25,978 bases of DNA from IMG/VR virus record IMGVR_UViG_3300044518_000038, positions 1-25,978 of that record. One strand, written 5' to 3'. The translations under genes and the position numbers were made by a program. The stretch is from a virus (taxonomy: Duplodnaviria > Caudoviricetes). The notes under the pieces were generated by a model. The model searched no databases. It was given only the letters and a program-made list of their open reading frames with translations, and was not told where the DNA came from. This document shows positions 13,724 to 22,304 of the stretch, piece by piece (the first letter of the stretch is position 1; each line of letters starts with the position of its first letter).

Positions 13724-15475
13724 TCACGCGGCGATGCGCTCGGTGGTCGCTATGTCGCGGTCCTGGGGGGTGTGGATGACGGCTCGCAGCCGGGATCCGA
13801 TCCAGGCGCCGACCTGCGGGCTGACGGCGTTGCCGAAGCCGTCCACCTGGTTCCGGGCACTGCCCCAGACGGTGAAGGTGCCGCGGTAGTCGTTGAAGTC
13901 GACGTCGAAGCCGCAGCCGCGGCCGATCTCGTGGGCGCCCATCATTCGGTAGAAGCAGTCTTCAAGCGGCAGTTCGGCGAGCGTGGCCCGCCACTGGGCC
14001 ATGAGCAGCGCGGTGGTGTCGTGGGCGGTGAGGGTGCCGAGCGGGTCGGTGACCGGGTGCGGTGCGGTTCCGTGGTTGGGGCTGGTGCCGTTCTGCTTGT
14101 ACCAACCGGCGGCCGTCAGCAGCCCCGGGATCTGCTCCGAGGTGAACGTCGGCATCGCCTCGCCGTGCACCGTGGGGACCGTGTTCTTCCGGTACGGGAT
14201 GACACCGGAGGACACCACCGCGAGGGTCTCCGAGCCGACCTGGGTGGGCAGCGGCTCGTGCACATTGCGCGGTGCGCCTTGATAGTTGGCTACCGCCAGC
14301 GCGGCCGGCGCCATGGACTGCCCTGCGGGCTGGCGCCACAGCGGCTCGACGACGGGGCCCGTCGACAGGATTGCCGTCTCCTGCTGGCTGGTCTGCGTCG
14401 CCATCGGCTGCAATAGCAGCCGCTCCGAACCGTGCACGCCCTTCGCCGGCATGAGCACCGCGGGGAACTCTGCGAACCGCTGGCGGCAGCGTTCCGCACG
14501 TTCCATCGACGATCGCGCGAGCGGCCCGACGAATCCGTCTGGGAACGTCTTGATCGGCTTGTCGCCGATGCGGATCCCGAGGTCGGTGAGGTCGAGCGCG
14601 GCCAGCGACGGCGTCATCGGCGGGACGACTTCGCGACGGCAGTGGGGGCAGCGGTAGTCGTACTGCTTGCCGTAGGCCACAGACCCGGTCGGCGGGATCC
14701 CGGTGCGCCACGTCCAGACCGCTTCCACGTCTTTGTCGCAGCCGTGGCATCGCGACACCGGCCGGTGCTCCAGGTCGGGGGCTGGCAGGGACTTCTTCCA
14801 GAACGCCCAGTAGCCCCGGTTCCGTGACTGCGGGACGCCGAAAAACTGCGAGTTCAGGTACAGCACCTTGTGGTCGTAGCCGAGCAGGTCGAACTGCTTG
14901 AGCCACCACCGGTACGTACTTCCGTCTCCGACCTTCTTGCGTCCGGGAACTGCTGGGCCCCACGAGGTGAGTTCGGTGGTGCACTCGACGAGGATCAGCC
15001 GCGGGTGGTGTTGGGCGGCGTAGTGCAGAACGCAGTTCGCCGTCGCCCGGTCCCGCTCGGACTTGGTGACCCGCGCCTCGTAGTCGGGGTCGGTGTCCAG
15101 GTCGAACAGGGTCACGCCCAACTCGTAGGCCTTGACCGTGTTCGCCTGAGAGTGGTTGACGCACGAGACGCCGGCGACGAGGAGGTCGGCTGCGGGGAGG
15201 TCGCGGGCGGAGTGGTAGTCGGCTGCGTCGGGGTCGACGAGGTCGGCGATCCAGTGTTCGGCGTTCGGGTGGTTCGCCTCGTGAACCTCGACCTTGTACG
15301 AGTTGTGGTTCGCGGCCATGATCGTGGTGAACCCGGCCATCTCGATACCGCGGGTCAGACCCCCGAAGCCGGAGAACAAGTCGACTGCGATGAGGTCGTC
15401 GTGGCGGAACCGGCGGCGCCTGACGGCCGGCCGGTGCGTGGCGACGCGGCTCTTCTTCTTGGGCACGGCGGACAT
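13724..15475 (-). CDS. DNA cytosine-C5 methyltransferase with atypical motifs (583 aa)
   Basis: DLFSGFGG (I), AGVSC (IV), VECTTE (VI), PQSRNR (VIII), GNAVSP (X); TGATG coupling. Confidence 0.92.
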   Translation of the reverse strand: MSAVPKKKSRVATHRPAVRRRRFRHDDLIAVDLFSGFGGLTRGIEMAGFTTIMAANHNSYKVEVHEANHPNAEHWIADLVDPDAADYHSARDLPAADLLVAGVSCVNHSQANTVKAYELGVTLFDLDTDPDYEARVTKSERDRATANCVLHYAAQHHPRLILVECTTELTSWGPAVPGRKKVGDGSTYRWWLKQFDLLGYDHKVLYLNSQFFGVPQSRNRGYWAFWKKSLPAPDLEHRPVSRCHGCDKDVEAVWTWRTGIPPTGSVAYGKQYDYRCPHCRREVVPPMTPSLAALDLTDLGIRIGDKPIKTFPDGFVGPLARSSMERAERCRQRFAEFPAVLMPAKGVHGSERLLLQPMATQTSQQETAILSTGPVVEPLWRQPAGQSMAPAALAVANYQGAPRNVHEPLPTQVGSETLAVVSSGVIPYRKNTVPTVHGEAMPTFTSEQIPGLLTAAGWYKQNGTSPNHGTAPHPVTDPLGTLTAHDTTALLMAQWRATLAELPLEDCFYRMMGAHEIGRGCGFDVDFNDYRGTFTVWGSARNQVDGFGNAVSPQVGAWIGSRLRAVIHTPQDRDIATTERIAA

Positions 15476-16305
15476 CAGGCGGCCACCTCCAGTCCTTCCT
15501 TGGTCGTCTGCTGCTGGCTGGCCCGTCGTGCGCGCTGGCGCAGGATGTCGCTGAGCTGGTCGCTGATGTACTTCTCGTTGTTGCCGAGCTGCTTGGCGAT
15601 CGATGGGACGGATTCGCCGAGTAGGTAGAGGTGTTCGATCTCTGCGCGCTTGTCGGGGTCGCGCTCGTACTTGGTGGCCGGCTCGTAGGGGGCGGACTGC
15701 TCCGGCTGCTCGTTGGGGTCGTCGATGGCGTCCCAGGCGAGCGGGCTGTGCCAGTTGTTTCGGCGGGCGATGCTGCGTGCGTACTCGGACGGGCCGGGTC
15801 GGTGGCTGTACTCCCGGTAGAGGACGGCGAACCGGCGGCCCATGTGTCGCGGGATGCTGTCGACGCGTCCGGCCATGATGTTGAACAGGTAGGACGGGTG
15901 GTAGCCGGTCTGTGCAGCGGTCCAGACGATCGGCCAGCCGATGGCGGCGAGGGCCTGGATGCGTCGGATGGTTCCGGTCGGATCGACACGCGGCGACTCG
16001 TTGAGAGGCTGGATGGCGAGTAGCGAGAGGGCCTTCAGGCGGGTGACTTTGGCCTGGCCGTTGAGGATGTAGTTGATGGCCCGCTCGGACACTTCGGCCT
16101 CGCCGGAGATGCCGCGGATGGTCTGGCCGCTGCCGATGGCGAGGCGAAGGTGGGCGGCGACGACGGGGCCCGGGATGTGGGAGGGGATGCCGCTGAGTCG
16201 CCGCAGTTCGTACCGCTTGCGGTAGTTGCGGTCGGCGGTGCGGCATTCGTCGCGGCGGCATCCGCGCCGGTAGCAGGCGTAGTGGGCGACATGGTCGGCG
16301 GTCAT
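15475..16305 (-). CDS. Multi-HTH DNA-binding protein with N-terminal Cys motif (276 aa)
   Basis: CYRRGCRRDECR; HTH-like segments; GTIRRIQALAAIGW, PLAWDAIDDP; ATGA overlap. Confidence 0.85.
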   Translation of the reverse strand: MTADHVAHYACYRRGCRRDECRTADRNYRKRYELRRLSGIPSHIPGPVVAAHLRLAIGSGQTIRGISGEAEVSERAINYILNGQAKVTRLKALSLLAIQPLNESPRVDPTGTIRRIQALAAIGWPIVWTAAQTGYHPSYLFNIMAGRVDSIPRHMGRRFAVLYREYSHRPGPSEYARSIARRNNWHSPLAWDAIDDPNEQPEQSAPYEPATKYERDPDKRAEIEHLYLLGESVPSIAKQLGNNEKYISDQLSDILRQRARRASQQQTTKEGLEVAA

Positions 16306-16493
16306 GGCTGCGGCTTCTCCTTCCGGGGTGTGGTGGCGATGAGTCGGCATTCCTGCAGGAGGCCCATGTCGCGTCCGGCCTGGTTGTCGGGTGCGGCGGG
16401 AATGCGGGTGCGGTGGGCGCTCGTCCAGATGCGGGCGACGAGTACCGTGGCGGTGAGGAGGAGGAAGGCTGCGCCGATGATGAGGCGGTCCAT
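16302..16493 (-). CDS. Small membrane protein (63 aa)
   Basis: N-terminal LIIGAAFLLLTATVLVA; coupled at both ends. Confidence 0.75.
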   Translation of the reverse strand: MDRLIIGAAFLLLTATVLVARIWTSAHRTRIPAAPDNQAGRDMGLLQECRLIATTPRKEKPQP

Positions 16494-16867
16494 CACGCCA
16501 CCGCCTGCTGCTGGTTGCGGCCTTCGCGGCGCTGCGCGGCTATGCGGTGGCCTTTGCTGGTGAGCCGCCACTGCCTGAGCGCGTGTCCCTTTGTCGCCGC
16601 GCTGGTGGAAGCGACGTCCTGTCCGGTGCGGGTGATGATTCCGGCGGAGCGCAGCGAGGTGATGGCGGCGCCGAGGTAGCCGTGACCCATCTCCGGGAGC
16701 AGATCCCGGAGATCGTTTGCGGACCACTCGTCAAGGCTCTGGCCGATCACAAACACGGCCTGCTCGACGAGGAACCGGTCCCAACTCGACTGGTCGGCGA
16801 TCGACTTCAGGGTGAGATCGCGCTCGTCGGCGGCGAGACGCTCGGCGACGGACAGGCGACGGGTCAT
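16493..16867 (-). CDS. Winged-helix-like hypothetical protein (124 aa)
   Basis: WSANDLRDLL..GAAITSLRSAGII..WRLTSKG; RBS GAGGAGG. Confidence 0.8.
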   Translation of the reverse strand: MTRRLSVAERLAADERDLTLKSIADQSSWDRFLVEQAVFVIGQSLDEWSANDLRDLLPEMGHGYLGAAITSLRSAGIITRTGQDVASTSAATKGHALRQWRLTSKGHRIAAQRREGRNQQQAVA

Positions 16868-17199
16868 GACGCGGCCTCCTCGAAGACGGCGTTGACCGTG
16901 GCGTTGTGGGCGTCGACGGCCGCGTTGTAGCAGTCCATGCACAGGAAGCTGACGGGCTTCTCGACGCTGGGCTCGTCCCAGGGCTGGGCGGGCGCCTCCC
17001 AGCGGAACAGCCGCTTCTGCCGGGTGCAGTCGGGGCAGTGGCCGTCGTAGGAGCTGCCGACGATCAGGGCCTCTTCCTGCTGCTGCAGTTCGGCCTGGTG
17101 CTCGTTGTAGGTGATGCCGCAGTCGCAGGGGCCGGGCCGGAAGATCGAGCTGTGCGGCGGCTGGCAGGGGAAGCTGTGCTTGCAGAGCGAGACAGTCAT
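16864..17199 (-). CDS. Cys-rich hypothetical protein (111 aa)
   Basis: RBS AAGGAG; CDC, CPDC, CMDC. Confidence 0.8.
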   Translation of the reverse strand: MTVSLCKHSFPCQPPHSSIFRPGPCDCGITYNEHQAELQQQEEALIVGSSYDGHCPDCTRQKRLFRWEAPAQPWDEPSVEKPVSFLCMDCYNAAVDAHNATVNAVFEEAAS

Positions 17200-17232
17200 G
17201 GCGGTGTGGTCTCCTTGAAGGTGATCGAGGAG

Positions 17233-17259
17233 GCCGGGCGCGATTTGGGCGCGCCCGGC
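17233..17259. terminator. Intergenic GC hairpin
   Basis: GCCGGGCGCG-N7-CGCGCCCGGC perfect 10 bp just after the stop at 17270. Confidence 0.5.
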
Positions 17260-17269
17260 GCCTCGGGGG

Positions 17270-18100
17270 TTACTCGGTGGGGGTGGCGGCTGGCTTCTGG
17301 CCCTTGCCGCCGATGAGTTCGTCCGCGGTCACGCGGGGAGCCGGGAACTCGTCCTCGGCGGTGACCTCGCCGCGCTGGATGGACTTGAAGATGACCAGCA
17401 GCTGGGCGACGTCGTGCTCGGTCCACTTACCGGAGGCCCGGTCGAAGCGGGCTTCGATCCGGTCGGCCGTGATGCCGATGCCTTCGAAGGCCTTGATGGC
17501 GTCGGCGATGCGCTGCGCGAGCGGCTTGCCGCCGCCATCGCGCAGGGTGCGGTTGCAGAGTTCCTTGGCTTCCTCGACGAACCAGGGCGGCAGGATCGCG
17601 AAGATGGCCTCGCGGACGCGGCGGGCACCGTTGTTCGTGTTCAGCTCGTAGATGTCACGCATGTCGGTGACCTGCTTGGGTCCGTCCTTGGTGTCCCGGC
17701 GATGCGGGACGATGAACGTCGAGGAGTTGCGCGAGTTGGTCTGGACGTCCCAGGCGAACGCCTGCATCTCGGACTGGCCGTACTCGTCGTCGCGGCGCAT
17801 CTCGACGAGGCCGTACTGGACGTTGCCCCAGCAGCGGGCGAGTTCGCGGGCGAGGTGGACGGAGGCGCCGGTGATGGTCTGGCCGCCCTTGGGGTAGCGG
17901 TAGAAGGCGCGCTCGGCGAGCGTCATCTGCTTGCAGGACTCGCGCATCTCGGCGACCGCGTTCTGGATGTTGCGGGGGCACTGCTGGGCGACAACAACCG
18001 CGGCCTGCACCTCGGCGGCGGCGCGGGACTGCTCGACGGCGGTGCCCTGGCCGATGCGGGACGGCATGTTGTTCGAGGGGATCGGGACGGGCTGGTTCAC
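17270..18100 (-). CDS. Putative single-strand annealing protein (276 aa)
   Basis: Coupled to the RecE-like gene; AFYRYPKGG..ITGASVHLARELARCWGN; function inferred from position. Confidence 0.7.
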   Translation of the reverse strand: MNQPVPIPSNNMPSRIGQGTAVEQSRAAAEVQAAVVVAQQCPRNIQNAVAEMRESCKQMTLAERAFYRYPKGGQTITGASVHLARELARCWGNVQYGLVEMRRDDEYGQSEMQAFAWDVQTNSRNSSTFIVPHRRDTKDGPKQVTDMRDIYELNTNNGARRVREAIFAILPPWFVEEAKELCNRTLRDGGGKPLAQRIADAIKAFEGIGITADRIEARFDRASGKWTEHDVAQLLVIFKSIQRGEVTAEDEFPAPRVTADELIGGKGQKPAATPTE

Positions 18101-18996
18101 TTCAGGTACTCCTCTTCATCGCGCTTCTCCGCCCACGGCGGGAGAGGCAGGTAGGTGATGCGGTCGTTGAAGCCGGGCCAGTTGCCGGTGCGCTGGCAGT
18201 CGGCGTAGATCTGCAGGGCGCGCTCGTTGCGGGCGGCGCCGAGCGCGAGGGCGGGGAAGTCGAGTTCGACCAGGTGGACCAGGTACGGCGCGGTCTTCGC
18301 CTGGAAGACGAAGACGAACGCGGGCTCCAGGCCGCCGGTGAGGTCGAGGGCCTTGACGGCGTCGAGGTACCAGGCGGCCTGTGCGTGGTAGCCGTGCTCG
18401 TAAACGGCCCGCTGGAGGGCGCCGGGGTCGACGGCCTTTGCGGTCTTGTAGTCGACGACGACCAGTCGGCCGTCCTCTTGCCGGTGGGGCATCCAGTCGG
18501 GTCGGGCCCGCCGCCATACGCCGTGGCGGGGGTCCTGCCAGAACAGGGACTGCTCGGCGACACCGGCGTCGGGGGCGAACAGGGGGCCCGCGGTGGGGTG
18601 CTGGCGGATGGCGTCAGCCATCGCCTGGACCTGCTCGTACTCCTTGGCGAGGAGCGGGACGGCGCCCATGGCGCGGGCGTCGTCGCGGGCCATCTTCGCG
18701 GCCTTGGTGAGGTAGCTGTCGAAGGGCAGCGCCTCGATGTCCGGGCCGTCGCCCAGCACGAGTTGGTGGGCGGCGTGCCCGAGGTCGAACTCCTTCTTCG
18801 GCGGCTGCGGGTTGTCCCGCTCCCACTTGAAGATCGCGGGGCATCCGGGGTCGAGGAGCTTGCGTGCGCCTGACGAGGAAAGGCTTCCGCCGGGGACCGG
18901 GTCGGCGTGGTAGACGTCGATCGGCATGTCCGGGTACACGCCCGGCTCCGTGACGGTCGGCGCGGTTGGCGCCTCCACCTCCACCGCGGCGGTCAC
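18097..18996 (-). CDS. RecE/exonuclease VIII-like PD-(D/E)XK nuclease (299 aa)
   Basis: YHADP, LSSSG, GHAAH, RARPD, VVDYKT, YHAQAAWY. Confidence 0.92.
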   Translation of the reverse strand: MTAAVEVEAPTAPTVTEPGVYPDMPIDVYHADPVPGGSLSSSGARKLLDPGCPAIFKWERDNPQPPKKEFDLGHAAHQLVLGDGPDIEALPFDSYLTKAAKMARDDARAMGAVPLLAKEYEQVQAMADAIRQHPTAGPLFAPDAGVAEQSLFWQDPRHGVWRRARPDWMPHRQEDGRLVVVDYKTAKAVDPGALQRAVYEHGYHAQAAWYLDAVKALDLTGGLEPAFVFVFQAKTAPYLVHLVELDFPALALGAARNERALQIYADCQRTGNWPGFNDRITYLPLPPWAEKRDEEEYLK

Positions 18997-19130
18997 TGCT
19001 CACCGCCTGCAGGGACGAGGCGCTCACAGTCCTCGCACAGGCCGGCTTCGGGGACGAACGGGCCGTCCTCGTCGCCGCAGCGCGTGCAACGCAGCGGGCC
19101 AGTGGGTTTGGTGGTGTCTTCGGTGCTCAT
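18993..19130 (-). CDS. Small Zn-finger protein (45 aa)
   Basis: CTRC..DGPF..LCEDC; GTGA overlap downstream. Confidence 0.7.
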   Translation of the reverse strand: MSTEDTTKPTGPLRCTRCGDEDGPFVPEAGLCEDCERLVPAGGEQ

Positions 19131-19158
19131 GGGACCTGCTTTCGGGTGTCGTGAGGTG

Positions 19159-19250
19159 GGGCCAGCTCCCCGGGCCTGGGGGAGGTAGCTCCGAGGAGCT
19201 GGCCCTGGGTGCCGCGGAGCGCCGGGGGATTCGCTGCGACGCGGCGGACT
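19159..19250 (-). other. Two intergenic hairpins with CCCCC-containing loops
   Basis: Stem GGGCCAGCTCC/GGAGCTGGCCC 19159-19205; weaker GCCGCG/CGCGGC stem ~19211-19246. Confidence 0.45.
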
Positions 19251-19258
19251 GTGAGCTG

Positions 19259-19801
19259 CTAGTTGGCGTCGGCCAGCTCGGCGACGCGGTTGTGGGCTTC
19301 GTTGAAGGCCTCGGTGTCGAGGCCCATCCACGGCACGCGGTACGTCATCGCCAGCAAGATCTCGTAGGCGTTGAAACGGTCGGCCTTGAACTCCGCGGCG
19401 ACTTCCTCGACGTCGGCGTCCGTGTACGTGCCATTGCTAGTCACGTCGCCGGGCATATAGGCGGTGCCGGGCTCCTCGCACCAGGCGTAGCTGAGCTTGG
19501 CGTACAGGTCGCGGGCGGTTGTGTCGCTGACGGTTGCCTTGATCGTGTCGGTGTCCTGGGTCCAGTCGATGCCGAACTCCTTGAGGATTTCGACGCCCTT
19601 GAAGGCGTCCTCGCGGCGCATCGCTTCGGCGATACCGAGGCCTTCGTGGTGGCCGATCCGCCAGCGGGCCGGGTCGTTGATGGCGTGCTCGACGGGCAGC
19701 CGGAACACGACCAGACCGGGCGCGGCCTGCGTGGCGTCGGGGATGGTGTACCGCTGTTCACCTCGGACGATCATTGAGTACTCGGTGACTTCACCGATCA
19801 T
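19259..19801 (-). CDS. Acidic hypothetical protein (180 aa)
   Basis: RBS AGGAG; globular composition. Confidence 0.85.
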   Translation of the reverse strand: MIGEVTEYSMIVRGEQRYTIPDATQAAPGLVVFRLPVEHAINDPARWRIGHHEGLGIAEAMRREDAFKGVEILKEFGIDWTQDTDTIKATVSDTTARDLYAKLSYAWCEEPGTAYMPGDVTSNGTYTDADVEEVAAEFKADRFNAYEILLAMTYRVPWMGLDTEAFNEAHNRVAELADAN

Positions 19802-19834
19802 GTGGGGCTCCTGGGTGAGATGCTGATCGTGGAC

Positions 19835-19868
19835 CCCCGTCCGCTAGACCCGGGCGGGGCTCTTTCTT
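19835..19868 (+). terminator. Antisense-oriented intrinsic terminator
   Basis: CCCCGTCCG-N7-CGGGCGGGG-CTCTTTCTT; G-U pair and U tract occur only on +. Confidence 0.6.
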
Positions 19869-19915
19869 GGGCGCCGCCCTCCGCCGGCCGGTGTCATCCG
19901 GCGGGGAGCGGCGGG

Positions 19916-20368
19916 CTACTGGGTGGCCGTCTCGCCGTGTGCGGCCCATGACGGCACGTGGCCGGGGTCGGTGACGGCTGTGGACGGCCCGACGTTGAGG
20001 GCCACCCAAAGCGGCTTCACGTCGATCGGTGCGGTCGCCTGGTCGGCCGGGTCCGTGGTGTCGCGGTACGCAGGCGGCACCGTGACCGCAGTCTCGTTCT
20101 CCTCGTCGGCGATCTGGCTGCCGAACCTGTTCCACAAGGCCAGGGCCTGCTCGCGCCACTCGTCGCGGTCTTCGCGAACGCCTGCGAGTTCGATCGCTGT
20201 CTTGTCGGCGCGCTTCTCGGCTGTGTTGCGTTCGGCAGAGATCTGATCGATGGCCGCCGTCAGCGAAGCGATCTTCCCTTCGGCGACAGCCAGTTCGCGC
20301 CTGAGCTCCAGCCCGCTCTTGCCGCGATGCTTGGCGTGCCTGCGCCCCGGTATCAGGTTGAGGCTCAC
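19916..20368 (-). CDS. Coiled-coil hypothetical protein (150 aa)
   Basis: GTGA overlap, RBS GGAGG; heptad pattern; RDT.DPADQATAPIDV.PLW. Confidence 0.8.
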   Translation of the reverse strand: MSLNLIPGRRHAKHRGKSGLELRRELAVAEGKIASLTAAIDQISAERNTAEKRADKTAIELAGVREDRDEWREQALALWNRFGSQIADEENETAVTVPPAYRDTTDPADQATAPIDVKPLWVALNVGPSTAVTDPGHVPSWAAHGETATQ

Positions 20369-20640
20369 GACGCCTCCCGGTGTGTGCATTCGCCCATGAA
20401 GCAGGGCTTGGCCTGGGCCCTCCACTGCTGGCGGGTGAGCAGCTCGATCCGGTAGCCCTGCCGTTCGTCGCGGTCTCGGTCTCGCTGGCGGGGGACGAGT
20501 TCGGTGTGGGCCTGCTCCTCGTTGACGGCGCGGTCTCCGAGGAGTGATCCGTATGCGCATCCGGTGGGTGCGAAGCGGACCCAGAAGCAGTCGGCGAGGC
20601 GGACGTTCTCGCCGCCGAGGTGCAGCATCAGTTCTGGCAT
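20365..20640 (-). CDS. Hypothetical protein (91 aa), probable paralog of 7081-7353
   Basis: RBS GGAG; W....PTGC...EEQA...DR.R...CTH. Confidence 0.8.
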   Translation of the reverse strand: MPELMLHLGGENVRLADCFWVRFAPTGCAYGSLLGDRAVNEEQAHTELVPRQRDRDRDERQGYRIELLTRQQWRAQAKPCFMGECTHREAS

Positions 20641-20642
20641 TG

Positions 20643-20846
20643 CTACTCCAGTCCGGTGCGGTCGACGTATCCCGCGGCGTCGCTGTCCGCGAAGTCGCGG
20701 GCGGTGCGGAGTTGGCGGTTGAGGTTGCGGGCCTCGTCCAGCGACTTCTCGTAGGCCGCAATCAGTGGGCGCGCCCGGAGGATGTACAGGCCGGCTAGGG
20801 CGTTGAGTAGGCCGGCCGTGGGCGAGGTGTACGGGGTGGCGGTCAC
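20643..20846 (-). CDS. Hypothetical protein (67 aa)
   Basis: GTGA overlap; RBS AGGAG/AGGA. Confidence 0.7.
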   Translation of the reverse strand: MTATPYTSPTAGLLNALAGLYILRARPLIAAYEKSLDEARNLNRQLRTARDFADSDAAGYVDRTGLE

Positions 20847-21067
20847 CGGTCCTGCTCCTGGGTGAGCAGGTAGAAGCGGTCGTTGTCGGTGCCGTCTTCG
20901 ATCAGCAGCCCCTCGCGTTGCAACGCTGAGATGTCGTGGCGGGCGGTCGTCCGCTTCGGCGCGCCGAGGGTGCTGTTCAGTGCGCGGACGCGCCCTGTGG
21001 TCACCGGGCCGGAGTCGGCCCGCAGTGCGTCGAGGAGTCGCTGCTGGCGGGCGGTGAGGTTGGCCAT
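20843..21067 (-). CDS. Small winged-helix protein (74 aa)
   Basis: LTARQQRLLDAL..TTARHDISALQREGLL..RFYLL; TGATG coupling. Confidence 0.8.
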   Translation of the reverse strand: MANLTARQQRLLDALRADSGPVTTGRVRALNSTLGAPKRTTARHDISALQREGLLIEDGTDNDRFYLLTQEQDR

Positions 21068-21216
21068 CACGCCGCCTCCCGGCTGATACGGTCCAGCAAC
21101 TGCTCGTAGGAGTCCTCTACTTCGTCCACCTCGGGATGGGTCCAGCCGAGCCAGCGGGCGATGCCGGGGACGACGACCGACGGCGGCAGCGCGGCCAGGT
21201 CGATGACGGCGGCCAT
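21067..21216 (-). CDS. Small hypothetical protein (49 aa)
   Basis: RBS AAGGAG; TGATG coupling at both ends. Confidence 0.7.
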   Translation of the reverse strand: MAAVIDLAALPPSVVVPGIARWLGWTHPEVDEVEDSYEQLLDRISREAA

Positions 21217-21419
21217 CAGGCGGCCACTCCTTGCGGGTGCCGTCGCAGCCATTCACGCCGGATCGTGTACCGGGCGTGGACGGCGGCCACGGCGTCGATG
21301 TACTCCTCGGTCGACCACGGGCGCAGGCCGCGCGCGCGTGCCTCCCACGCCGCCTCGACGGCGAGTACCGAGGCCATCTCCAGGTCGGCCAGCGGGCGAG
21401 ATTCGAGGGCGGTCGCCAT
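21216..21419 (-). CDS. Hypothetical protein (67 aa)
   Basis: Coupled at both ends; alternative GTG start at 21422. Confidence 0.75.
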   Translation of the reverse strand: MATALESRPLADLEMASVLAVEAAWEARARGLRPWSTEEYIDAVAAVHARYTIRREWLRRHPQGVAA

Positions 21420-21736
21420 CACGCCGCCGCCGATACAACGAGCGCCAAGTTGGGGGCGTAGCCGATGAGTTGGACCTCGGCGTCCGCGATGGTCGCGGAG
21501 CCCTTGAGAACAAGGGTGGTGCCGCCGCTCTGCGTGTTGTGGCGAACCATGTCCGGGTCGATGCTGAGGGCCTCACGCCACGCCTCGAACCCCGCAAGGT
21601 CGTCGTGCACGGACAAGGTCAGGTAGTTCGGGTAGATCGGCGACACATCCACGTTGGGTGCAGGCAACTGCGGGTGGTCGACAGCCAGCATCCGGAGCAG
21701 AGCCAGCGGGCGGGACAGGTCGGCGAACGTGGTCAC
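21419..21736 (-). CDS. Hypothetical protein (105 aa)
   Basis: RBS AAGGAG, GTGA overlap; FEAWREALSIDP motif. Confidence 0.8.
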   Translation of the reverse strand: MTTFADLSRPLALLRMLAVDHPQLPAPNVDVSPIYPNYLTLSVHDDLAGFEAWREALSIDPDMVRHNTQSGGTTLVLKGSATIADAEVQLIGYAPNLALVVSAAA

Positions 21737-22023
21737 GACGTCTCCTTTTGGGCGAGCTTGTAGCAGCGGCGGTTGTCGGCTTCGCGGTCGGCGACCCACT
21801 CGGCGAATCCGGCGTAGTCCGCGTCCGTCGACAGCGGCACCGTGGGGTGGAGCAGCTTCACGTCCAGGCGGTACACGAGTTGCTCTTTCGGGTCGGTCGC
21901 GCGAGCAGCGGCGGCTACGAAACAGGCGCGGACGCCGGGCGGTTCATCGCTCCTGCTGGCGTCGATCCACTCCTGCATCGCTTCGCGAAGTTCGGCGTTG
22001 AGCTGGACCAGTCGGGCCTTCAT
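21733..22023 (-). CDS. Hypothetical protein (96 aa)
   Basis: ATGA and GTGA overlaps. Confidence 0.75.
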   Translation of the reverse strand: MKARLVQLNAELREAMQEWIDASRSDEPPGVRACFVAAAARATDPKEQLVYRLDVKLLHPTVPLSTDADYAGFAEWVADREADNRRCYKLAQKETS

Positions 22024-22304
22024 GCCGCACCCCCGGCCTGCGCGGCGCGGGTTTCGCGGTCGGCCATGGTCGCGGACCAGTAGGTGTAGAAGAGGGCGTC
22101 GAGCGCCTCCTCCTTCTCACCCTCCGGCAGGCTGTCGAACGCGAGGCGACCGATGTCCTCGACGTTGAAGCCGGAAAAGCGGGAGGTAGCCAGCGTCTCC
22201 TCGGCCCAGTTCCACATCGCCTGCCAGGCAGACACCACAGGCACGTCAGTGGTGATGCGGTCGAAGTCGTCGAGGGGCTCGTGCTCGGGGTGCAGGTCGC
22301 TCAT
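22020..22304 (-). CDS. Acidic hypothetical protein (94 aa)
   Basis: ATGA overlaps at both ends. Confidence 0.8.
   Translation of the reverse strand: MSDLHPEHEPLDDFDRITTDVPVVSAWQAMWNWAEETLATSRFSGFNVEDIGRLAFDSLPEGEKEEALDALFYTYWSATMADRETRAAQAGGAA

Noticed and set aside
8287-15475. Restriction-modification system
   Set aside because: No cognate endonuclease is recognisable next to either methyltransferase.
13962-15989. 675-aa alternative-frame ORF over the C5 methyltransferase
   Set aside because: Arg/Pro/Ala-rich off-frame read typical of GC-rich DNA.
13724-16261. 845-aa methyltransferase fusion
   Set aside because: The upstream part overlaps the multi-HTH gene; RBS and TGATG place the start at 15475.
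18097-18996. Cas4 / CRISPR adaptation gene
   Set aside because: No four-Cys Fe-S motif; RecE-type motifs and recombination context.
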